DNA of 50,796 nucleotides from Nemertoderma westbladi (lineage: Eukaryota; Animalia; Xenacoelomorpha), in NCBI GenBank assembly GCA_032718475.1, contig JAUCBJ010006858.1:1-50796 (forward strand), written 5' to 3'. The stretch's first letter is position 1; every line of letters begins with the position of its first letter. Made by a program: the position numbers and the translations under genes. Under the pieces are notes generated by a model. The model saw only the letters and a program-made list of their open reading frames with translations, was not told where the DNA came from and made no database searches. Of the stretch, positions 48,064-50,796 are shown one piece after another.

Positions 48064-50796
48064 GTTCAAAAAAAATGAAATTTTTTTTTTAATTTTATTT
48101 AGAATTTGTTTCATATAATTTTTAATCGTTGCTGGCAAGATGGGTGTTCGCGCTTTCAGACCTTTGGCAGTTTAACCCGCCAAATTAGGATGTCTTCTAG
48201 ATATTAAATCGCTTTTTAGCCTATGACAAATATTTGATTTACTACACTAGTCGAAACCAATCTGTGCGCGATCATTCACCCGCTGGATATTCCCGGGAGA
48301 TTGGGTTCGACGGTTTAATTTTATTGCTATGTAAGCCTAATGTATTATTCGACTGACAGTATTATATAATCTCTGACAATATTATTCACCTTTGGGGAAT
48401 ATTAACAGTTCCTTTAGGACGTGGCGCTTTATCTATATAAACAGAGTTATGACTTAAACTACTCACAACGATATGGCTTAATTATAATTCACATATATGG
48501 CGCATTCTTTAGGAATTGCTTCTTTAACAGACTCACTCATACACAATGCTGCACAATACTGCACACTAATCTGCCAATCTTCACTGATTTTAGTCACATA
48601 TAAAAGGAACACAGACTGACTCATGTAGGGTCTATCAAATAACATTAGATTCACTTCAAACCACTTTAACATAAGTCACAATCGTTTATCTGTAACCTTT
48701 CTCTCTTACCTTCGGTATATCAAGAATATTGGGTTTCGGGGTTATTTCTCGTTATTCCAAATATAATAATTCATCAACCATATTATGAAGAACTGACAGT
48801 AAATAGCAGTATAACAATATAAAAGTATGCACAGTGTTACACAGTATGCAGTGTATGCAGTACTGCAGTATGCAGTGATTACGAAATTGCAGAGTGATAT
48901 TTACAGTGATCAGATCAGTTAAAGGATATATGTCCTTATAATTAAACCTGCTAGTGTTGAGCTAAAAAGCAGAAAGCACAAAACACTAAAAAGCCGTTCT
49001 TTCGTGGCTTTGAAAAACTCGTGACTACTGCTCTATACGAGGATACCAACTCCCTTATTCCACGAAGCTCCCGTTCAACACAGAGAAAGAGCAGTGAGAT
49101 AGGAAATTTTCAGTTCAGTAGCTCTGTGATAGGTCAAAATCAAGGCTAACTCAAATTCTATTGGGAGATACAAAAACAAGGCTATGACGCAACCTCCCTA
49201 GGCTTGTTGGCCGATTAAACAGAGCCCAGATGCCTGCGTACAGCAAATCAGCCAATAAGCTGGTAACTTGCACTATTTTTAGCTATAGATCACTTTGAGA
49301 GTATTCTTAGCGACTGGGGGGGAACTGGCCAACAAGGCAAACGAATCAGTTATCCCACAAAAGCTTTTACACCGCTCCCAGAAAATGGGATTTAAGTCTA
49401 TAAAATATACAAAATCACAGTTTCTAAAATATAAAAATACTCTAAACAGTTAGTCTTTCTTGCGCGGACGGCGTTTACGCAGTTTCTTAAGGCTAGCAAG
49501 AGTCCTTTTCTCTTTGGGGGGAGCCACTTTACTAGGAGGGCCATAACTCCTGGGTGAAGGGTGCAATATGATTGCATCAGAAGGTGTAGGTTTATGGTCG
49601 AGGTATCTGCCGTTTCGATATGCTTCTCCTCGAGCTGATTTTCCTCCGCTCGTAGCTGGATACGTTCATCCAAAAACTCTCGCAGAGAATAGGATCGTCC
49701 AAGTTCGATAACTTCTTAGAGATTCTGGATTTCCCAATCGAATTGAGATAAGGCCAATTCGTTTATCGATTGGACTTACTGTTATAACTTACGTTTATCT
49801 GAACAAACGCAGGTTTCTTTTTTGATCTTTGTAGAATAGCGTTTAACTCGTTTCGTACAACGCTCTCCTTCACCTTGATGAGGGGTTGTATCGCGTTAAA
49901 CAGGGACGACCATACGGTTGGATAGTGATATTAGGTGTCTGCGTCATAATCCGGCTAGGTAAGATGGGCGGCTAGCTAGAAATCACTGTCGGAGTGTTAC
50001 CGATTAATTGTTAGGGTAGCACTAGATCTTGAACAGTGAATACCGTCCGCGAGGATTCGCGACACCACCAGGATCGCAGGTCTGAGGTCCAACCAAGGAA
50101 CGAGGAGGCCCGACCGAGCACTCCGGGACCCCGATCGTAGGCCTACTCCAGGATCGTTAGAGCCGAGCGAGCATAGGCGGTACGTCAAACAAGTCTCGCT
50201 CGAAACTCCAGCAAATACAACGAACACAACTGTGCCTAACACAACGTCTCCGCGGATGCCTATGCCTTTCCGTTTATTAGTTGGGTCTAGGGCATTTATC
50301 GTAATAACACCAAAGACGCACGTCTGGTAGGGGAAACGCGGGTGATATTTATTTGTTGTTACAATGCTTCTATCAAGAATTCCAAATATACGTTGGAGTT
50401 ACCGCGTTTATTTGTTTCTTTAGTGTCTTTTCTTTCGAGTCGATTTCGAATAGAATTTTCGCATTCGAATTTCAGTTTATGGTTCCGACTCCGCTGGGCA
50501 GGATATATAGTCGACATAGTCCGTATTGTGTAAATCGATAGGATGACCAGTAGTTAAGAAGACCACATACGTACCATTACGCTGCGTATATCGAGCAGCG
50601 AATTTTCTATAGTCCAACTCGCGCGCGAGCTGCTCTTGGGACATTGGCGGTTCGATATAACGACCATCGTCCTCCGCAGCAGCTGGACTAACGTCGCCGC
50701 GTATTAAGCTATCAACAAACGCTTGTAAAAGTAGAGTATATCGCTCCCCGATACCAAGACCATCTTCTATCAACTCCGTCATATCTGCTATATATG

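Overview
This is AT-rich eukaryotic (animal-like, probably invertebrate) genomic DNA with spliceosomal GT-AG introns, dominated by transposons. Host-type coding sequence: three internal exons of an IQCE orthologue (+, 2720-4868); an orphan C-terminal exon of an AGC-type kinase (-, 8484-8827); and a complete three-exon, 422-aa UPF0261/Tm-1-like gene (+, 26039-28782), a family known mainly from prokaryotes, fungi and plants. Mobile elements: an intact APE-RT LINE ORF2, a young Ngaro/DIRS tyrosine-recombinase retrotransposon, decayed CRE-type and RTE-type LINEs, LTR and BEL/Pao relics, several long-TIR MITEs or foldbacks, tRNA-derived SINEs and minisatellites. The most notable observations are: (1) six dispersed hairpins with covarying stems and a conserved 9-nt loop upstream of the Ngaro gag; (2) the intron-containing Tm-1-like gene; (3) a tRNA-type Pol III head fused directly to a minimal hammerhead ribozyme; (4) TA-anchored micro-insertions that look like DNA-transposon excision footprints. 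All family assignments come from motif recognition by eye; no searches were run.
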